From: Dehalococcoidia bacterium
Lineage (GTDB): Bacteria > Chloroflexota > Dehalococcoidia > Bin125
Direction of reading: 5' to 3'
Length of the DNA stretch: 64,000 nucleotides
NCBI GenBank assembly: GCA_965207695.1
Contig: CBDBNA010000011.1
Coordinates: 4,193-68,192 of the forward strand
Shown here: positions 18,708 through 29,480 of the stretch, piece by piece
How the letters are laid out: each line of letters begins with the position of its first letter
How positions within the stretch are numbered: the first letter of the stretch is position 1
Notes under the pieces: generated by a model
What the model was told of the DNA's origin: nothing
What the model saw: the letters and a program-made list of their open reading frames with translations, nothing else
The model's database searches: none
Made by a program: the position numbers and the translations under genes

Positions 18708-19997
18708 CTAGCCGTCGCTCGCGGGCGTCCCCGCCGCGACCACGTCGGCGATGCGTTCCGCCAACGCCGCCCCGAGCGCCAGCAGATCGACGTCCGTCTC
18801 CCCGGCGCCGGCGGAGTCGCTGCCGGTCACGTTCACCGATCGCTGCAGGAAGACCAGACTCCCGTCCTGCGCGAAGATGACCAACTCCGTGGCGACGTCG
18901 CGCGTGCGGCGCCCTCCATCCTCGACGCCGTAGCGCAAGGCGTAGCGGATCGCCCGGCTGCCCAGCAGTGGGTCGGGCCGGCGCTCGCTCTCGAACAGCG
19001 TGTCGATCGGTTCGACGAGCTCCTTGATCTGGATGGACTCTCGCGTGGCGATGTAGTCGACGGCGGCGCGCGCCGCGTCCGCCGATTCCAGCATGATCGT
19101 GACGACGAAGATGAACTCTCCCGTGCCGTCGTTGTGGAAGCCTTGCCCGCTCGGCGCCCCGGCCGCGCCGGCGCGTTGCCCAAGCGCGGCGAGATCCCCG
19201 TCCGGGGATTCGCGCAGCAGTCCGGGGATGTCGTTGTAGAAGGGGATGGCGTCGAAGCCGGCCGGCAGGTCGCCGGGCACGACATCGACGATGGCGGCGA
19301 CCGGGCCGGGCGGATCCGGGTCGGGCGGGGCGTCCGGCGGGTCCGGTTCCCCGGTTCCGGGTTCGTCCCCGGGCCCGTTCCTCTCCGCTTCGGCAGCCGC
19401 GGCCGCCTCCGCGGCTGCCCGCGCCTCTTCGGCGGCCGCTTCGGCGGCCGCCCGCGCCTCCTCCGCGGCCGCCGCCTCGGCCTCCGCGGCCGCCTGCGCC
19501 GCCGCTCGCGCCTCCTCCGCGGCGGCCGCTGCCGCCGCGGCTGCCGCCGCCGCCTCGGCCGCGACCGCCGCCGCCTCGGCCGCGGCTTCCGCCTCCGCCT
19601 CCGTCGCGGCCTCCGCGTCCTCCGCCGCCGCTGCTCGTGCCGCCTCTGCCGCCGCTGCTTTCGCCGCCTCGGCTTCCGCCGCCGCCGCGGCCGCCGCGGC
19701 CGCCGCGGCCGCCTCCGCCGCCGCCGCGGCCGCCTCTGCCTCTGCCGCCGCCGCCTTCGCCGCCGCGGCGGCGGCTGCCGCTGCCGGGGCCTCCCCGGCT
19801 CCCACCTCGATCTGCTGGGGATCCTGCCCGGACGCCCCGTCGCCTTCCTGCAGCGGGACGATCACCCCGTCGCCGTCGCCCTCGCCGCCACAGGCCGTCG
19901 GCAGCAGCGCGCACAGCGCGATCGCGGCCACGGCCAGGGCGAATCGCGGCCGGGAACTCGGCGCGCGCGGGCGCGACGGACCGACGTGCCCTGTCAC
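18708..19997 (-). CDS. Lipoprotein with an approximately 170-aa Ala/Glu low-complexity tract and a globular C-terminal domain
   Basis: Lipobox LLPTAC, a tract of Ala/Glu repeats, and an ordered C-terminal domain. The start overlaps the histidine kinase stop by ATGA. Confidence 0.7.
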   Translation of the reverse strand: MTGHVGPSRPRAPSSRPRFALAVAAIALCALLPTACGGEGDGDGVIVPLQEGDGASGQDPQQIEVGAGEAPAAAAAAAAAKAAAAEAEAAAAAAEAAAAAAAAAAAAEAEAAKAAAAEAARAAAAEDAEAATEAEAEAAAEAAAVAAEAAAAAAAAAAAAEEARAAAQAAAEAEAAAAEEARAAAEAAAEEARAAAEAAAAAEAERNGPGDEPGTGEPDPPDAPPDPDPPGPVAAIVDVVPGDLPAGFDAIPFYNDIPGLLRESPDGDLAALGQRAGAAGAPSGQGFHNDGTGEFIFVVTIMLESADAARAAVDYIATRESIQIKELVEPIDTLFESERRPDPLLGSRAIRYALRYGVEDGGRRTRDVATELVIFAQDGSLVFLQRSVNVTGSDSAGAGETDVDLLALGAALAERIADVVAAGTPASDG

Positions 19998-21541
19998 GCG
20001 AACGGCTCCACCGGCTCCGCCTCCACCGGTTGATGCAGCCGCAGCAGGATGCGGAAGGTCGTGCCGGCGCCCTGTCGGCTGTCGACCTGGATCTCGCCCT
20101 TCTGGGCGCGTACCAGCTCCCGCGCGATGGCCAGGCCCAGCCCCGTGCCCCCTTCCGAGCCCGGGCGATCGGCGCGGTAGTAGCGATCGAAGAGGTGCGG
20201 TACCTGGTCCTCGGGGATGCCGGCCCCCGTATCGGAGACGGCGATGCCCACGGAGATCTCGCTCTCGCGGCGCGCGCTCAGCACCACGTTGCCCCCCGGC
20301 GGCGTGTGCCGCAGCGCGTTGTCGACGAGGTTGGCCAGCACCTGCTCCATGCGGTCCACGTCGCCCGAGACGGCCGGCAGGTCGGCCGGGATCACCTCCA
20401 GCCGGACGTCGAGCTGCTGCGCCCGCAGCACGAACAGTTCGCCGACGTTCTCCAGCACGTCGTTCACGTCGACGGGCTGCAGGTCGACCTGCACGTGGCC
20501 GGCCTCCATCCGCGAGAGGTCGAGCAGCCCCTCGACCAAACGCAGCAGCCGCCGCGATTCCTCCTCGATGATGCGGTAGGCGTTGCGCCGCGCGACCGAC
20601 TCGTCCACGGTGCCGTCCAGCAGCGCCTGGGAGAAACCGTTGATCGAGGTCAACGGCGTCTGCAGGTCGTGCGAAGCGTTGGCCAGGAAGTCACGCAGCG
20701 CCCCCTGCTGGCGCTGCACCTCCTCGGTCATCTGGTTGAAGGACTCGGCCAGGTCGCGCGCCTCCCGCGTGCCCTCCACGCTGACTTTCTGATCGAAGCG
20801 CCCCCGCGCGACGCTGCGGGCGGCGGCCGTCGTGGCCTGCAGCGGGCGGTAGATGGAGCGCGACAACAGCAGCCCCACGACGATCGCCGCCAGCAGCCCC
20901 ACGCCCCCGGCGAGGAGCAACTGCCGCGTCAGGTCGCCCAGCACCGCCTGCCGGTCCTCCACGGGCAGGGCGAGCACAACGAACTCGGCCGCGAAGCGCC
21001 GCGCCGCCTCGCCGGAGAGCGCCGCCGCCAGGTAGTCGAGCCGGGTCTCGTCGCCGGCCGTGAGGCGGCCCTCGATGAAGGTGTCGGTGGTGGCGCCGCT
21101 GAAGTCGATGTCCAGCTGCTCGCCGAGAAAGCGCGGCGAGCCGCTGGCCTCGCTGACGACCGCGCCGTCGCCGTCGACGAAGAGGATGCGCACGTCGGGG
21201 TCCAGCGGGATGCCGCCCCCGGTTGCGCCGGTCGCCAGCTGGCGACTGACCTCGAAGGCCTGGAAGTCGGAGCCCGGCGGCGTGACGACCGAGAGGTACA
21301 CCGGCCCGCCGATCTGGCGCAGCGTGGAGGCCGCCAGCCGGTCCTGGTAGCCGCCCAGCAGGAAGAAGAAGGCGACCCCGGCGATGCCCAGGGTGAGCAG
21401 GATCAGGAAGCCCAGCGTGACGTAGATGCGCGCCTGCAGCGTGGAGAGCAGGCCGGCGCCGCGACGGCGCGCGCGCCGTTGCTGCTCCGCGCTCCCCGCG
21501 GGCAGCGCGGCGCCTTCGAGCCGGACGCTATCCGTGGCCAT
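19994..21541 (-). CDS. Sensor histidine kinase (two TM helices, HAMP, HisKA, HATPase_c)
   Basis: H-box HDLQTPLTSI, plus N, G1 (DTGAGI) and G2 (GGTGLGLAI) boxes. Confidence 0.9.
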   Translation of the reverse strand: MATDSVRLEGAALPAGSAEQQRRARRRGAGLLSTLQARIYVTLGFLILLTLGIAGVAFFFLLGGYQDRLAASTLRQIGGPVYLSVVTPPGSDFQAFEVSRQLATGATGGGIPLDPDVRILFVDGDGAVVSEASGSPRFLGEQLDIDFSGATTDTFIEGRLTAGDETRLDYLAAALSGEAARRFAAEFVVLALPVEDRQAVLGDLTRQLLLAGGVGLLAAIVVGLLLSRSIYRPLQATTAAARSVARGRFDQKVSVEGTREARDLAESFNQMTEEVQRQQGALRDFLANASHDLQTPLTSINGFSQALLDGTVDESVARRNAYRIIEEESRRLLRLVEGLLDLSRMEAGHVQVDLQPVDVNDVLENVGELFVLRAQQLDVRLEVIPADLPAVSGDVDRMEQVLANLVDNALRHTPPGGNVVLSARRESEISVGIAVSDTGAGIPEDQVPHLFDRYYRADRPGSEGGTGLGLAIARELVRAQKGEIQVDSRQGAGTTFRILLRLHQPVEAEPVEPFA

Positions 21542-21560
21542 GGTCGGGGCCGCCCGCCCC

Positions 21561-22250
21561 TCACGCGTCGAGGGCGTCGCGGGGACCGGCGACGAGCTTG
21601 TAACCCACGCCGCGCAGCGTCTCGATCTTCACGGCGCTGCCCGCCAAATGCTGGCGCAGGTGGTTGACGTGCACGTCGACCGTGCGCGTCTCGCCGCTGA
21701 ACGTGTAGCCCCAGACGAGCGACAGCAGTTGCTCGCGCGACATCGCGATGCCCTCGTTCTGGGCCAGCGCGAAGAGCAGGTCGAACTCCTTCGTGCGCAG
21801 CGTCAGGGGGCGCCCCTCCAGGCTCGCCTCGCGCCGCTGCCGGTCGAGCTGCAGCGTGCCCACCTGCACGGTCGTGCCGGAGCGCTGGATGCCGTCGGAG
21901 CGGCGCAGGATCGCCTTGACCCGCGCGACGAGCTCCTTGGGGTTGAACGGCTTCGTCAGGTAGTCGTCGGCCCCCAGTTCCAGCCCGGCGACCTTGACGG
22001 TGTCCTCCTTGCGCACCGTGAGCATCAGGATCGGCACGTCGGATCGTTCCCGGATGCCCTTGGTGACCTCGAAGCCGTCGAGCTTCGGCATCATCAGGTC
22101 GAGCAGCACGAGGTCGGGCTGCGTCTGCAGCGCCTTCTCCAACGCCTCCGGGCCGTTGCTGGCGAACTCCAGGTCGTACCCCTCTTTCGACAGGTAGAGA
22201 CGGACGAGTTCGCGAATGTTGGGCTCATCGTCTGCGACCAGGATGCGCAT
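21561..22250 (-). CDS. OmpR-family response regulator
   Basis: Receiver domain (DDEP...DLVLLDLMMP...K) and a winged-helix output domain (TLRGVGYKL). ATG at 22250. The track ORF starts 68 codons earlier. Confidence 0.9.
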   Translation of the reverse strand: MRILVADDEPNIRELVRLYLSKEGYDLEFASNGPEALEKALQTQPDLVLLDLMMPKLDGFEVTKGIRERSDVPILMLTVRKEDTVKVAGLELGADDYLTKPFNPKELVARVKAILRRSDGIQRSGTTVQVGTLQLDRQRREASLEGRPLTLRTKEFDLLFALAQNEGIAMSREQLLSLVWGYTFSGETRTVDVHVNHLRQHLAGSAVKIETLRGVGYKLVAGPRDALDA

Positions 22251-22460
22251 CGGGGCCTCACTCCGGACCGTTGCCGGGGCAACGTGGATCAGGGGTCCGA
22301 CGGGCCCGCGCGCCGCACGGGGCGCCACTCGCCGACGGCCCGCGCCCCCGGCATCGGTCGCCGTCGCCCCATCGCAGTATAGCCCTGCGGAAGCGCGGAT
22401 ATCGCGCCGCGAATTCAGCCCGCGCCGATGTGTCCGCTCCGCCGCCGCCGCCATCTGGAC

Positions 22461-23384
22461 TCAGGCCGGCGCCCCCGCCAGGAATCGCCCGATCGCCTCC
22501 TCGAACGCGGCCGATTCCTGCGGCGAGAGATCGCGGTTCGGCGGCCGGCAATGCGGGACCGGCAGGCCGCTCGTGATCCCGATCAGCGACTTCAGGGCCC
22601 CGACGGGCTGGAAGGACTGCACCATGTCCTTGACGGCGTTGAGTTGGCGCTGCGCCCGCCCCGCGTCGCCGCCCCGCCGGAACGTCGACTGGATCGCGAT
22701 CGCCAGGGCGGGGACGGCGTTCGCCATCCCGCTGACGCCGCCGCCGCAGCCCGCGGCGTACAGCTCGGCGTGGACGTGGTCGGCCCCGGCCAGCACGACG
22801 AAGGACTCCGCGTCGGCCGTGGCGTCGATGTAGCGCTGCGTGCGGGCGACGTCGCCGCAGGAGTCCTTGATGCCGATCACCTGCTCGCCGAACAACTCCA
22901 GCAGCGCCAGCACGACCTCGTCGGCGATGTCCATCTTCGTGCGCGGCGGGATGTTGTAGAGCAGCACCCGCGCCTGCGCCGGCAGCGCCTCGATGACGCT
23001 GCCGAAGTAGTGCACCTGCCCCGCCGCATCGGTGTTGTCGTAGAAGTGCGAGGGCAGCAGGGCGACGGCGTCCGCCCCGGCGTCGAGCGCCTCGTTGGCG
23101 GCGCGGATCGTGTCGGGCAGCGCCAGGCAGCCCGCCCCCGCGACCACGCCCAGCCCGCCTCCCAGCGCGTCGCGCTGGGCCACCACCGCCTCCACGACCC
23201 GCCGCCGCTCCGCCAGCCCCACCGACGGCCCCTCGCCGTTGGTGCCCAGCGTCAGGATCGACGAGACGCCCTGGCCCTCCAGCCAGGCGATGTGGGCGGG
23301 CAGCCAGTCCAGGTCGACGCCGGCGCCGCCCTCGCCGAACGGCGTCACCTGGGCCACCATCAGTCCGGTCAAGTCGAGAGACAT
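22461..23384 (-). CDS. Dihydrodipicolinate synthase / N-acetylneuraminate lyase family protein (DapA-like)
   Basis: TIM-barrel DapA-family pattern (GTNGEG, the Schiff-base Lys region IGIKDS). Confidence 0.75.
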   Translation of the reverse strand: MSLDLTGLMVAQVTPFGEGGAGVDLDWLPAHIAWLEGQGVSSILTLGTNGEGPSVGLAERRRVVEAVVAQRDALGGGLGVVAGAGCLALPDTIRAANEALDAGADAVALLPSHFYDNTDAAGQVHYFGSVIEALPAQARVLLYNIPPRTKMDIADEVVLALLELFGEQVIGIKDSCGDVARTQRYIDATADAESFVVLAGADHVHAELYAAGCGGGVSGMANAVPALAIAIQSTFRRGGDAGRAQRQLNAVKDMVQSFQPVGALKSLIGITSGLPVPHCRPPNRDLSPQESAAFEEAIGRFLAGAPA

Positions 23385-23417
23385 CGGTCCTCCTCCGTTC
23401 GGCGCGCGCGCTTGGCG

Positions 23418-24602
23418 CTAGATCGCGCCGCTCTCCTGCAGTTCGGCCAGGGCGTCCGCGTCCAGCCCGAGCCGACCGTAGATCTCGCCGTTGTGCTCGC
23501 CCAGCAGCGGCGCGCGTCGGCGCACCCGGCCGGGCGTGTCGGTCAGTCGCGGCACCACGCCCGGCTGCAGCAGCGGTCCGAAATCGGCGCTCTCCACTTC
23601 CAAGACCTGCTCGCGCGCCGCGTAGTGCGGATCGGCGGCGATGTCGCTGGTGGTGTAGAGCTTGACCGCCGGCACGCCGTGCGCGTCGAAGGTCGCCTGG
23701 CACTCGGCCAGGCAGCGCTCGGCCACCCAGGCCCGGATGATGGCGTGCAACTCCTCGTGATGCTCGCGGCGCTGCTCCCCCCGGGCGTAGGTGGGGTCGT
23801 CGGCGAGATCCGGCCGCTCGATCGCCGCCGCCAGCCGGGCGAAGACGCGGTCGGTCGTGGCGTTGATGATCAGGTGCTCGCCGTCGGCGGTCTGGAACTG
23901 CTCGGCCGGCACGACGCCGGGGAAGTAGTTGCCGGAACGCTCGCGGTTCCGCCCCGTCTGCCCGAACGCGCCGACGTGGGTGCCGCTCATCCGCCAGATC
24001 GCTTCGTACAGCGCCTGGTCGACGTCCTGCCCGCGGCCGGTGCGCTGCCGGGCCTGCAGCGCCAGCAGCGCGCCCAGCGCCGCGAACGTACCTGCCCCGT
24101 AGTCGGCGATCATGTAGCCGGGGCGCACGGGCGGGCGGTCCGCCTCGCCCGTCAGCGCCGTGAGGCCGCCGAAGCTCAGCGCCACCCGGTCGAAGCCGGC
24201 CCGCTCGCGGTAGGGGCCGGTCTGCCCGTAGCCGCTGATCCGCACGACGATGAGCCCCGGGTTCGACGCGCGCAGGCCCTCGGGCGCCAGGTCGAGCCGC
24301 TCCAGCGTCCCCGGACGGAAGTTCTCGACCAGGATGTCGGCGGTGTCGATCAGCTGCTTCAGCACGGCGATGCCCGCGGGAGACTTGAGGTTGCACGTCA
24401 CCGACAGCTGGCCGCGGTTGTCCTGCGGGAAGGCGATGCTGCCGCGCAGGCCGTCGCCGCTGCCGGGCCGCTCGACCTTGATCACCTCCGCGCCGAATTC
24501 GCCCAGCAGCGTCGCGCAGTACGACGCCGCCAGCACCTGCCCCAGCGACACGACGCGGATCCCGGAGAGGGCGGCGGGCTCGGCCGGTTCGGGAGGCGTC
24601 AT
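23418..24602 (-). CDS. CoA transferase, family III (CaiB/BaiF)
   Basis: N-terminal GIRVVSLGQVLAASYCATLLGEFGAEVIKVE motif and the conserved Asp region. Confidence 0.85.
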   Translation of the reverse strand: MTPPEPAEPAALSGIRVVSLGQVLAASYCATLLGEFGAEVIKVERPGSGDGLRGSIAFPQDNRGQLSVTCNLKSPAGIAVLKQLIDTADILVENFRPGTLERLDLAPEGLRASNPGLIVVRISGYGQTGPYRERAGFDRVALSFGGLTALTGEADRPPVRPGYMIADYGAGTFAALGALLALQARQRTGRGQDVDQALYEAIWRMSGTHVGAFGQTGRNRERSGNYFPGVVPAEQFQTADGEHLIINATTDRVFARLAAAIERPDLADDPTYARGEQRREHHEELHAIIRAWVAERCLAECQATFDAHGVPAVKLYTTSDIAADPHYAAREQVLEVESADFGPLLQPGVVPRLTDTPGRVRRRAPLLGEHNGEIYGRLGLDADALAELQESGAI

Positions 24603-24662
24603 GCCCGGAGGATAGGGGGTGTGGCCGCGCGGGGAATGTCGGCGGCGCCCCGCCGAGACCGG

Positions 24663-25397
24663 CTAGGGCGCTTCGTCCTCCTCCGACTTCTCCCGCATCA
24701 CGAGGTGCAGGACTGCCGCGACGACGGCGCCGAGGATCGGTCCCGCCCAGTAGATCCAGTGGTGCTCCCAGAACCAGGCGATCGCGCCCGGGCCGAACGA
24801 CCGCGCGGGGTTCATCGACGCGCCCGAGATGCCGCCGGCGAACGTCGCCTCGAGCCCCACGACGGCCCCCGCCGTCGCCGCCACCAGCGGCAGCGACGCG
24901 CGCCACTGATGCCCGACCGCCAGGATCGCGTACATGAGGAAGAACGTCAGCATGAACTCCATGCCAAACGACTGCTCCCACGTCCCCGACGGCACGGTCG
25001 AGCCCAACTCCCCGCCGCTGTTGCGGAACAGGCCGTGCAGCACCGAGGCCGCGATCAGCGCGCCCACGATCTGCGCCGCGATGTAGCCCGGCACGCGCCG
25101 CCCCGGGAACTCGCCCGCCAGCCACAGCCCGATCGTCACGGCCGGGTTGATGTGCGCGCCGCTGACCCGCCCGAACGCCAGCACCATCGTGAAGACGGCC
25201 AGGCCGAAGGAGAGACCGATGCCCACGCGGCCCAGCGAGCCGTCGGTCGCGTAATCGACGACGGCGGCCCCCGCGCCCAGGAAGACCAGGCCGAAGGTGC
25301 CGAACATCTCGGCCGCCAACTGCCGCAGCGGGCGGGGCAGCGGGCGCGCGATGGCGCTCAGGCCGTCCTGGATCAGTCGTGGTGTGTGTAGGGTCAT
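24663..25397 (-). CDS. aqpZ: MIP family channel (aquaporin Z-like)
   Basis: Two NPA motifs (HINPAVT and MNPARSFG) across six TM helices. ATG at 25397. Confidence 0.85.
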   Translation of the reverse strand: MTLHTPRLIQDGLSAIARPLPRPLRQLAAEMFGTFGLVFLGAGAAVVDYATDGSLGRVGIGLSFGLAVFTMVLAFGRVSGAHINPAVTIGLWLAGEFPGRRVPGYIAAQIVGALIAASVLHGLFRNSGGELGSTVPSGTWEQSFGMEFMLTFFLMYAILAVGHQWRASLPLVAATAGAVVGLEATFAGGISGASMNPARSFGPGAIAWFWEHHWIYWAGPILGAVVAAVLHLVMREKSEEDEAP

Positions 25398-25555
25398 GGC
25401 GTTCCTCTCCGCGTTGCGGGACAAGAAACCACGTCCGTCACGGCAGGGAAAGCACCGGCCGGTTAACATCGCGCGATCTTCCGCCGAAGCATCAGGCACG
25501 TGCGGTGCAGGTCGCGCCACCGCTGCTAGGCTCGATTCCCAGCCCCGAGAGGATG

Positions 25556-27667
25556 CGCATGGCTCCCCCCGACGACGCCCCGCGGAACCCGCCGCCGCAC
25601 ACGAACCGACTCGCGGACGAGACCAGCCCCTACCTGCTGCAGCACCAGCACAACCCGGTCGATTGGCAGGCCTGGGGCGACGACGCCTGGCAGCGCGCCC
25701 GAGACGAGGACAAGCCCGTGCTCGTGAGCATCGGCTACGCGGCCTGCCACTGGTGCCACGTGATGGAGCGCGAGTCGTTCGAGGACGAGGGGCTGGCGGC
25801 CCGCCAGAACGAGCTCTTCGTTAGCATCAAGGTCGACCGCGAGGAGCGGCCCGACGTCGACGAGATCTACATGGAGGCCGTGCAACTCATGCGCGGTCAG
25901 GGCGGCTGGCCGCTCAACGTCTTCTGCCTGCCCGACGGACGGCCGTTCTTCGGCGGCACGTATTTCCCGCCCGTCGCGCGGCAGGGGATGCCGTCCTGGC
26001 GGCAGGTGCTCGACTCCGTCGCCGCCGCCTACCGGGAGCGGCGCGCCGACCTGGAGGGCCAGGCGGCCCAGATCGTCGCGCACCTGGAGCAAGCGCCCGG
26101 CCCGCTGGAGCCCGGGGAGGAGCGGGCCGATCCCGCCGCCGCGCGGCGCGCCGCCGTCGCGCAGATCATGAAGAGCTACGACAAGCGCTTCGGCGGCTTC
26201 GGCGGCGCGCCGAAATTCCCCCAGCCCTTCTTCCTGGCCCTCGTCCTGCAGCACGCCGTCGCCGACAACCACCCGCTGGCCCGCGACCAGGTGCTCGCGA
26301 CGCTGCGCCAGATGGCCGAGGGCGGCATCTACGACCAACTCGCCGGCGGCTTCCATCGCTACTCGGTCGACGAGCGCTGGCTGGTGCCGCACTTCGAGAA
26401 GATGCTCTACGACAACGCCCTCCTCGTGCCGCTGTTCCTCGACGCCGCGCGCCTCAGCGACGACTCGTTCTTCTCCCGCATCGCCGAGGAGACGCTCGAC
26501 TACCTCCTGCGCGAGATGCGCACCCCGGAGGGCGCGTTCTACGCCTCGACCGACGCCGACTCGGAGGGCGAGGAGGGCAAGTACTTCGTCTGGTCGCTGG
26601 ATGAGGTGACGGCGCTGCTCGGGGACGACGCGCCTCTGTTCGCGCGCTACTACGACGTGACCGAGGACGGCAACTTCGAGGGGCGCAACATCCTGCATCC
26701 GCGGATGCCCCTGGCGCAGGCGGCCGCCTGGTACCAGCAGGAGGAGGACGCCGCGGCGGAGAGGCTCGCGTCCTCCCGCGCGACGCTGCTCGCGGCCCGC
26801 GCCGGGCGCGTGCCGCCCGCGACCGACACCAAGGTGATCGTCGCCTGGAACGGCATGGCCATCGACGCCCTGGCCCGCGGCGGCGCGATCCTCGACGCGC
26901 CCCGCTTCATCGACGCCGCGCGCGAGGCGGCCGCCTTCCTGCTCGGAACGATGCGCCCCGACGGCGACGCGGGGGGGCTGCTGCGCATCTTCGCCGGCGG
27001 GCGGGCGTCGGTGCCGGGCTTCCTGGAGGACTACGCCGGCCTCGCCGACGGCCTGCTCTCGCTCTACGAGGCGACCGGCGAGGAGCGCTGGTTCGTCGAG
27101 GCGCGCCAGATCGCCGACGCGATGCTCACGCGCTACTGGGACCGGGACGCGGGCGGTTTCTTCACGACCGGCTCGCGAAACGAAGCGCTGGTCAGCCGCA
27201 AGAAGCCCACCTACGACGGGGCCACGGCCTCGGGCAACTCCCAGGCCGCCCGCGTCCTGGCGCGGCTCTACGCAATGACCGGCGGGGGCCTCTACGCCGA
27301 CCGGCTCGAGGCGATGGCGGGCGCGTTCGGCGTCATCCTCACGCGCGCGCCCGTGATGATGAGCGGCTTCGTCGCCGCGCTCGACTGGCTGGACCGGCAT
27401 CGGGCGGTCGCGATCGTCGGCGACGATGCGGACCCCGCGACGCAGGCCCTCGTGCGCGCCGTCTGGGAGGGTCCGCCCGGCCCGACGCTTGTCATGCGCC
27501 ATGCGGCCGAGGAGGGGCGCGCGGAGAGCGCGGTCCCGCAGCTCCAGGGGAAGGCCCCGCTCGACGGCGCGCCGGCGGCCTACGTCTGCCACGGCTTCGC
27601 CTGCAGCGCGCCCGTGACCACGCCCGAGGCCTTGCGCGGCCTGCTCGCCCCGGACCCGCCCGCCTAG
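25556..27667 (+). CDS. Thioredoxin-domain protein of the YyaL/DUF255 family (Trx-like N-terminus plus an alpha/alpha-toroid)
   Basis: [20 protein letters not shown]...[12 protein letters not shown] motif. Long C-terminal six-hairpin glycosidase-like region. Confidence 0.8.
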   Translation, partial: RMAPPDDAPRNPPPHTNRLADETSPYLLQHQHNPVDWQAWGDDAWQRARDEDKPVLVSIGYAACHWCHVMERESFEDEGLAARQNELFVSIKVDREERPDVDEIYMEAVQLMRGQGGWPLNVFCLPDGRPFFGGTYFPPVARQGMPSWRQVLDSVAAAYRERRADLEGQAAQIVAHLEQAPGPLEPGEERADPAAARRAAVAQIMKSYDKRFGGFGGAPKFPQPFFLALVLQHAVADNHPLARDQVLATLRQMAEGGIYDQLAGGFHRYSVDERWLVPHFEKMLYDNALLVPLFLDAARLSDDSFFSRIAEETLDYLLREMRTPEGAFYASTDADSEGEEGKYFVWSLDEVTALLGDDAPLFARYYDVTEDGNFEGRNILHPRMPLAQAAAWYQQEEDAAAERLASSRATLLAARAGRVPPATDTKVIVAWNGMAIDALARGGAILDAPRFIDAAREAAAFLLGTMRPDGDAGGLLRIFAGGRASVPGFLEDYAGLADGLLSLYEATGEERWFVEARQIADAMLTRYWDRDAGGFFTTGSRNEALVSRKKPTYDGATASGNSQAARVLARLYAMTGGGLYADRLEAMAGAFGVILTRAPVMMSGFVAALDWLDRHRAVAIVGDDADPATQALVRAVWEGPPGPTLVMRHAAEEGRAESAVPQLQGKAPLDGAPAAYVCHGFACSAPVTTPEALRGLLAPDPPA

Positions 27668-27714
27668 CGATCCCGCGGGCGCACCGCCGGGCGATCGAGC
27701 GTACAATCGGGACG

Positions 27715-29154
27715 GTGGAACACCCCCCGCTGCCCGCGCACATCTTCCGCGCCTACGACGTGCGCGGCCTCGCCGGCGACGAGTTGACGGCGGACGTCGT
27801 CTATCGCACGGCGCGGGCGCACGGCACGTTCCTGCAACGACGCTTCGAGGCCCAGACCGCGATCGTGGCGCGCGACAGCCGTCCCAGCTCCCCCGCGCTG
27901 TACGACGCGGCGCTGCGCGGGCTGCGCGAGTGCGGCCTGCGGGTGACCGCCCTCGGTCTGGCGCCCAGCCCGCTGCTCTACTACGCGCTGCACCGCTGGG
28001 GCCTGGGCGGTGGCATCGTCGTCACGGCCAGCCACAACCCCGTCGAGTTCAACGGCCTGAAGCTGCTCCGCGAGGAGGCGATGCCCCTCCTGCCGGACGA
28101 GATCCAGGCCGTGCGGCGCCTCGCCGAGGCGGGCGACTTCACCGCCTCGACCCTCGATCCGGCACCCCCCATCCAGCGCGACCCGGCCCCCGACTACCTG
28201 GAGATGCTGCGCGGCCGCTTTCGCCTGGAGCGGTCCCTGAAGATCGTGGCCGACCCCGGCAACGGCGTCGCGACGCTGACCGGGCCGCCGGCGCTGCGGG
28301 CGCTGGGCGCCGAGGTCGTCGGACTGCACACGGAGTTGCTCGAAGGCTTCCCGCACCACCTGCCCGACCCGCAGGAGCCGGGCAGCATGCGGGAGCTGGC
28401 GGTCCGCGTCGTCGCCGAGGGGGCGGATCTGGGCATCGCCTGGGACGGCGACGGCGACCGCGTCGGCCTGGTCGACGAGACCGGCCGCCGCTACGACCCC
28501 GATTGGATTGCGGCGCTGCTGGCCCGCGATGTGCTCTCCCGCCACCCCGGCGCGCGCATCCTGATGGACCTCAAGAGTTCGCGCTCCCCCATCGCCGACG
28601 TGCGGGGCCACGGCGGCGAGCCCGTCCTGGCCCGCACCGGCTACTCGATCTTCCGCCGCCGCATGCGCGACGAGGGCATCGTCTTCGGCGGCGAGGCCAG
28701 CGGGCACATGATCTTCGGCGAGGACTACCCCTGCCTCGACGACGGCGTCTTCGCCGCCTGCGCCATCGCGCGCATCGTCTCGGCCGGCCCGGAGCCGCTC
28801 TCGGCGCACTTCGCGGGCATGCCCCGCTACGTGACCTCGAACGAGATCAAGCTGCCCTGCCCCGACGCCGCCAAGTTCGGCGTCGCCGAGGCCGTCGCCG
28901 ACGCGTTCCGGGGTCGCTACGAGATGCTGGAGGTCGATGGCGCGCGGGTCGAGTTCCCCGACGGCTGGTTCCACCTCCGTGCGTCGAACACCAGCCCCTA
29001 CCTCTCGCTGCGCATTGAGGCCGAGACGCGGCCCGCCTTCGACGAGATCCGGGCGGCGGTCTGGGACGCCCTGGCCCCGCACTCGGAGGTGACGCTGGCC
29101 GGCGCCGCCGCGGAGCCGCTGCCGCCCGAGGGCTTCTTCGAGGCCGCTCCCTAG
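27715..29154 (+). CDS. Phosphomannomutase / phosphoglucomutase (alpha-D-phosphohexomutase family)
   Basis: Active-site TASHNP, the Mg loop DGDGDR, and the GEASGH sugar-binding motif. GTG start. Confidence 0.85.
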   Translation: MEHPPLPAHIFRAYDVRGLAGDELTADVVYRTARAHGTFLQRRFEAQTAIVARDSRPSSPALYDAALRGLRECGLRVTALGLAPSPLLYYALHRWGLGGGIVVTASHNPVEFNGLKLLREEAMPLLPDEIQAVRRLAEAGDFTASTLDPAPPIQRDPAPDYLEMLRGRFRLERSLKIVADPGNGVATLTGPPALRALGAEVVGLHTELLEGFPHHLPDPQEPGSMRELAVRVVAEGADLGIAWDGDGDRVGLVDETGRRYDPDWIAALLARDVLSRHPGARILMDLKSSRSPIADVRGHGGEPVLARTGYSIFRRRMRDEGIVFGGEASGHMIFGEDYPCLDDGVFAACAIARIVSAGPEPLSAHFAGMPRYVTSNEIKLPCPDAAKFGVAEAVADAFRGRYEMLEVDGARVEFPDGWFHLRASNTSPYLSLRIEAETRPAFDEIRAAVWDALAPHSEVTLAGAAAEPLPPEGFFEAAP

Positions 29155-29184
29155 GACCTGTTCACATGTGATGGGCGTTCTGGC

Positions 29185-29480
29185 GGGACGGTTGACTTCC
29201 CTTCGCTCTACCCGCTAAACTGCGTTTATGGACCGCACACCGCGTATTCTGTCACCGGACCGACGCCCCTCGCGGACTCGGATGAGCCCGTGAAAGATCG
29301 TGAAAGATCGTGAAAGATCAGGCAAGTTCATGTCGGTTTTCTGCTCTCCGATGCTCCCCAATGCGCGCCGGTGCAAGCCCATGACCCCCGATGACTCATC
29401 GTGCCCGACCAAGATCCCCAGTAAACATGGGGTTTTCTGCCTCTCCGGCTCTCGCCGGGCGCCCCACAGAAAAAAAACGC
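29185..29480. repeat. Left copy of the inverted promoter-plus-leader module (IR-A)
   Basis: Aligns at about 80-85% identity, with short indels, to the reverse complement of 35185-35485. It contains CGTGAAAGAT x3 (29289-29318), two GGTTTTCTGC(C)TCTCC copies, and a CTCGCCGGGCGCCCCACAGAAAAAAAAC block. Confidence 0.8.
29192..29221 (+). promoter_or_regulatory. Sigma70-like promoter TTGACT-18-TAAACT reading into the hbd operon
   Basis: Near-consensus -35 and -10 hexamers at the outer edge of IR-A. The equivalent TTGCCT-17-TATATT sits at the outer edge of IR-B on the opposite strand. Confidence 0.5.

Noticed and set aside
18586-21667. Several long Gly/Arg- or Ala/Ser-rich ORFs in both orientations across the GCC/GCG/GAG repeat DNA (18586..19914 minus, 19134..20033, 19246..20571 and 19637..21667 plus). 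The repeats were also considered as a possible CRISPR-like array.
   Set aside because: These are alternate frames of the lipoprotein poly-Ala/Glu tract and antisense of the histidine kinase. The repeats are short codon-level repeats without a spacer/repeat architecture, so they are not CRISPR.
22258-25391. Two giant ORFs (955 aa on the minus strand, 987 aa on the plus strand) spanning the DapA-like / CoA-transferase / aquaporin region
   Set aside because: Arg/Gly/Ala/Pro-dominated low-complexity translations typical of high-GC off-frame or antisense artifacts. The real genes are the three protein-like minus-strand ORFs with recognisable motifs.
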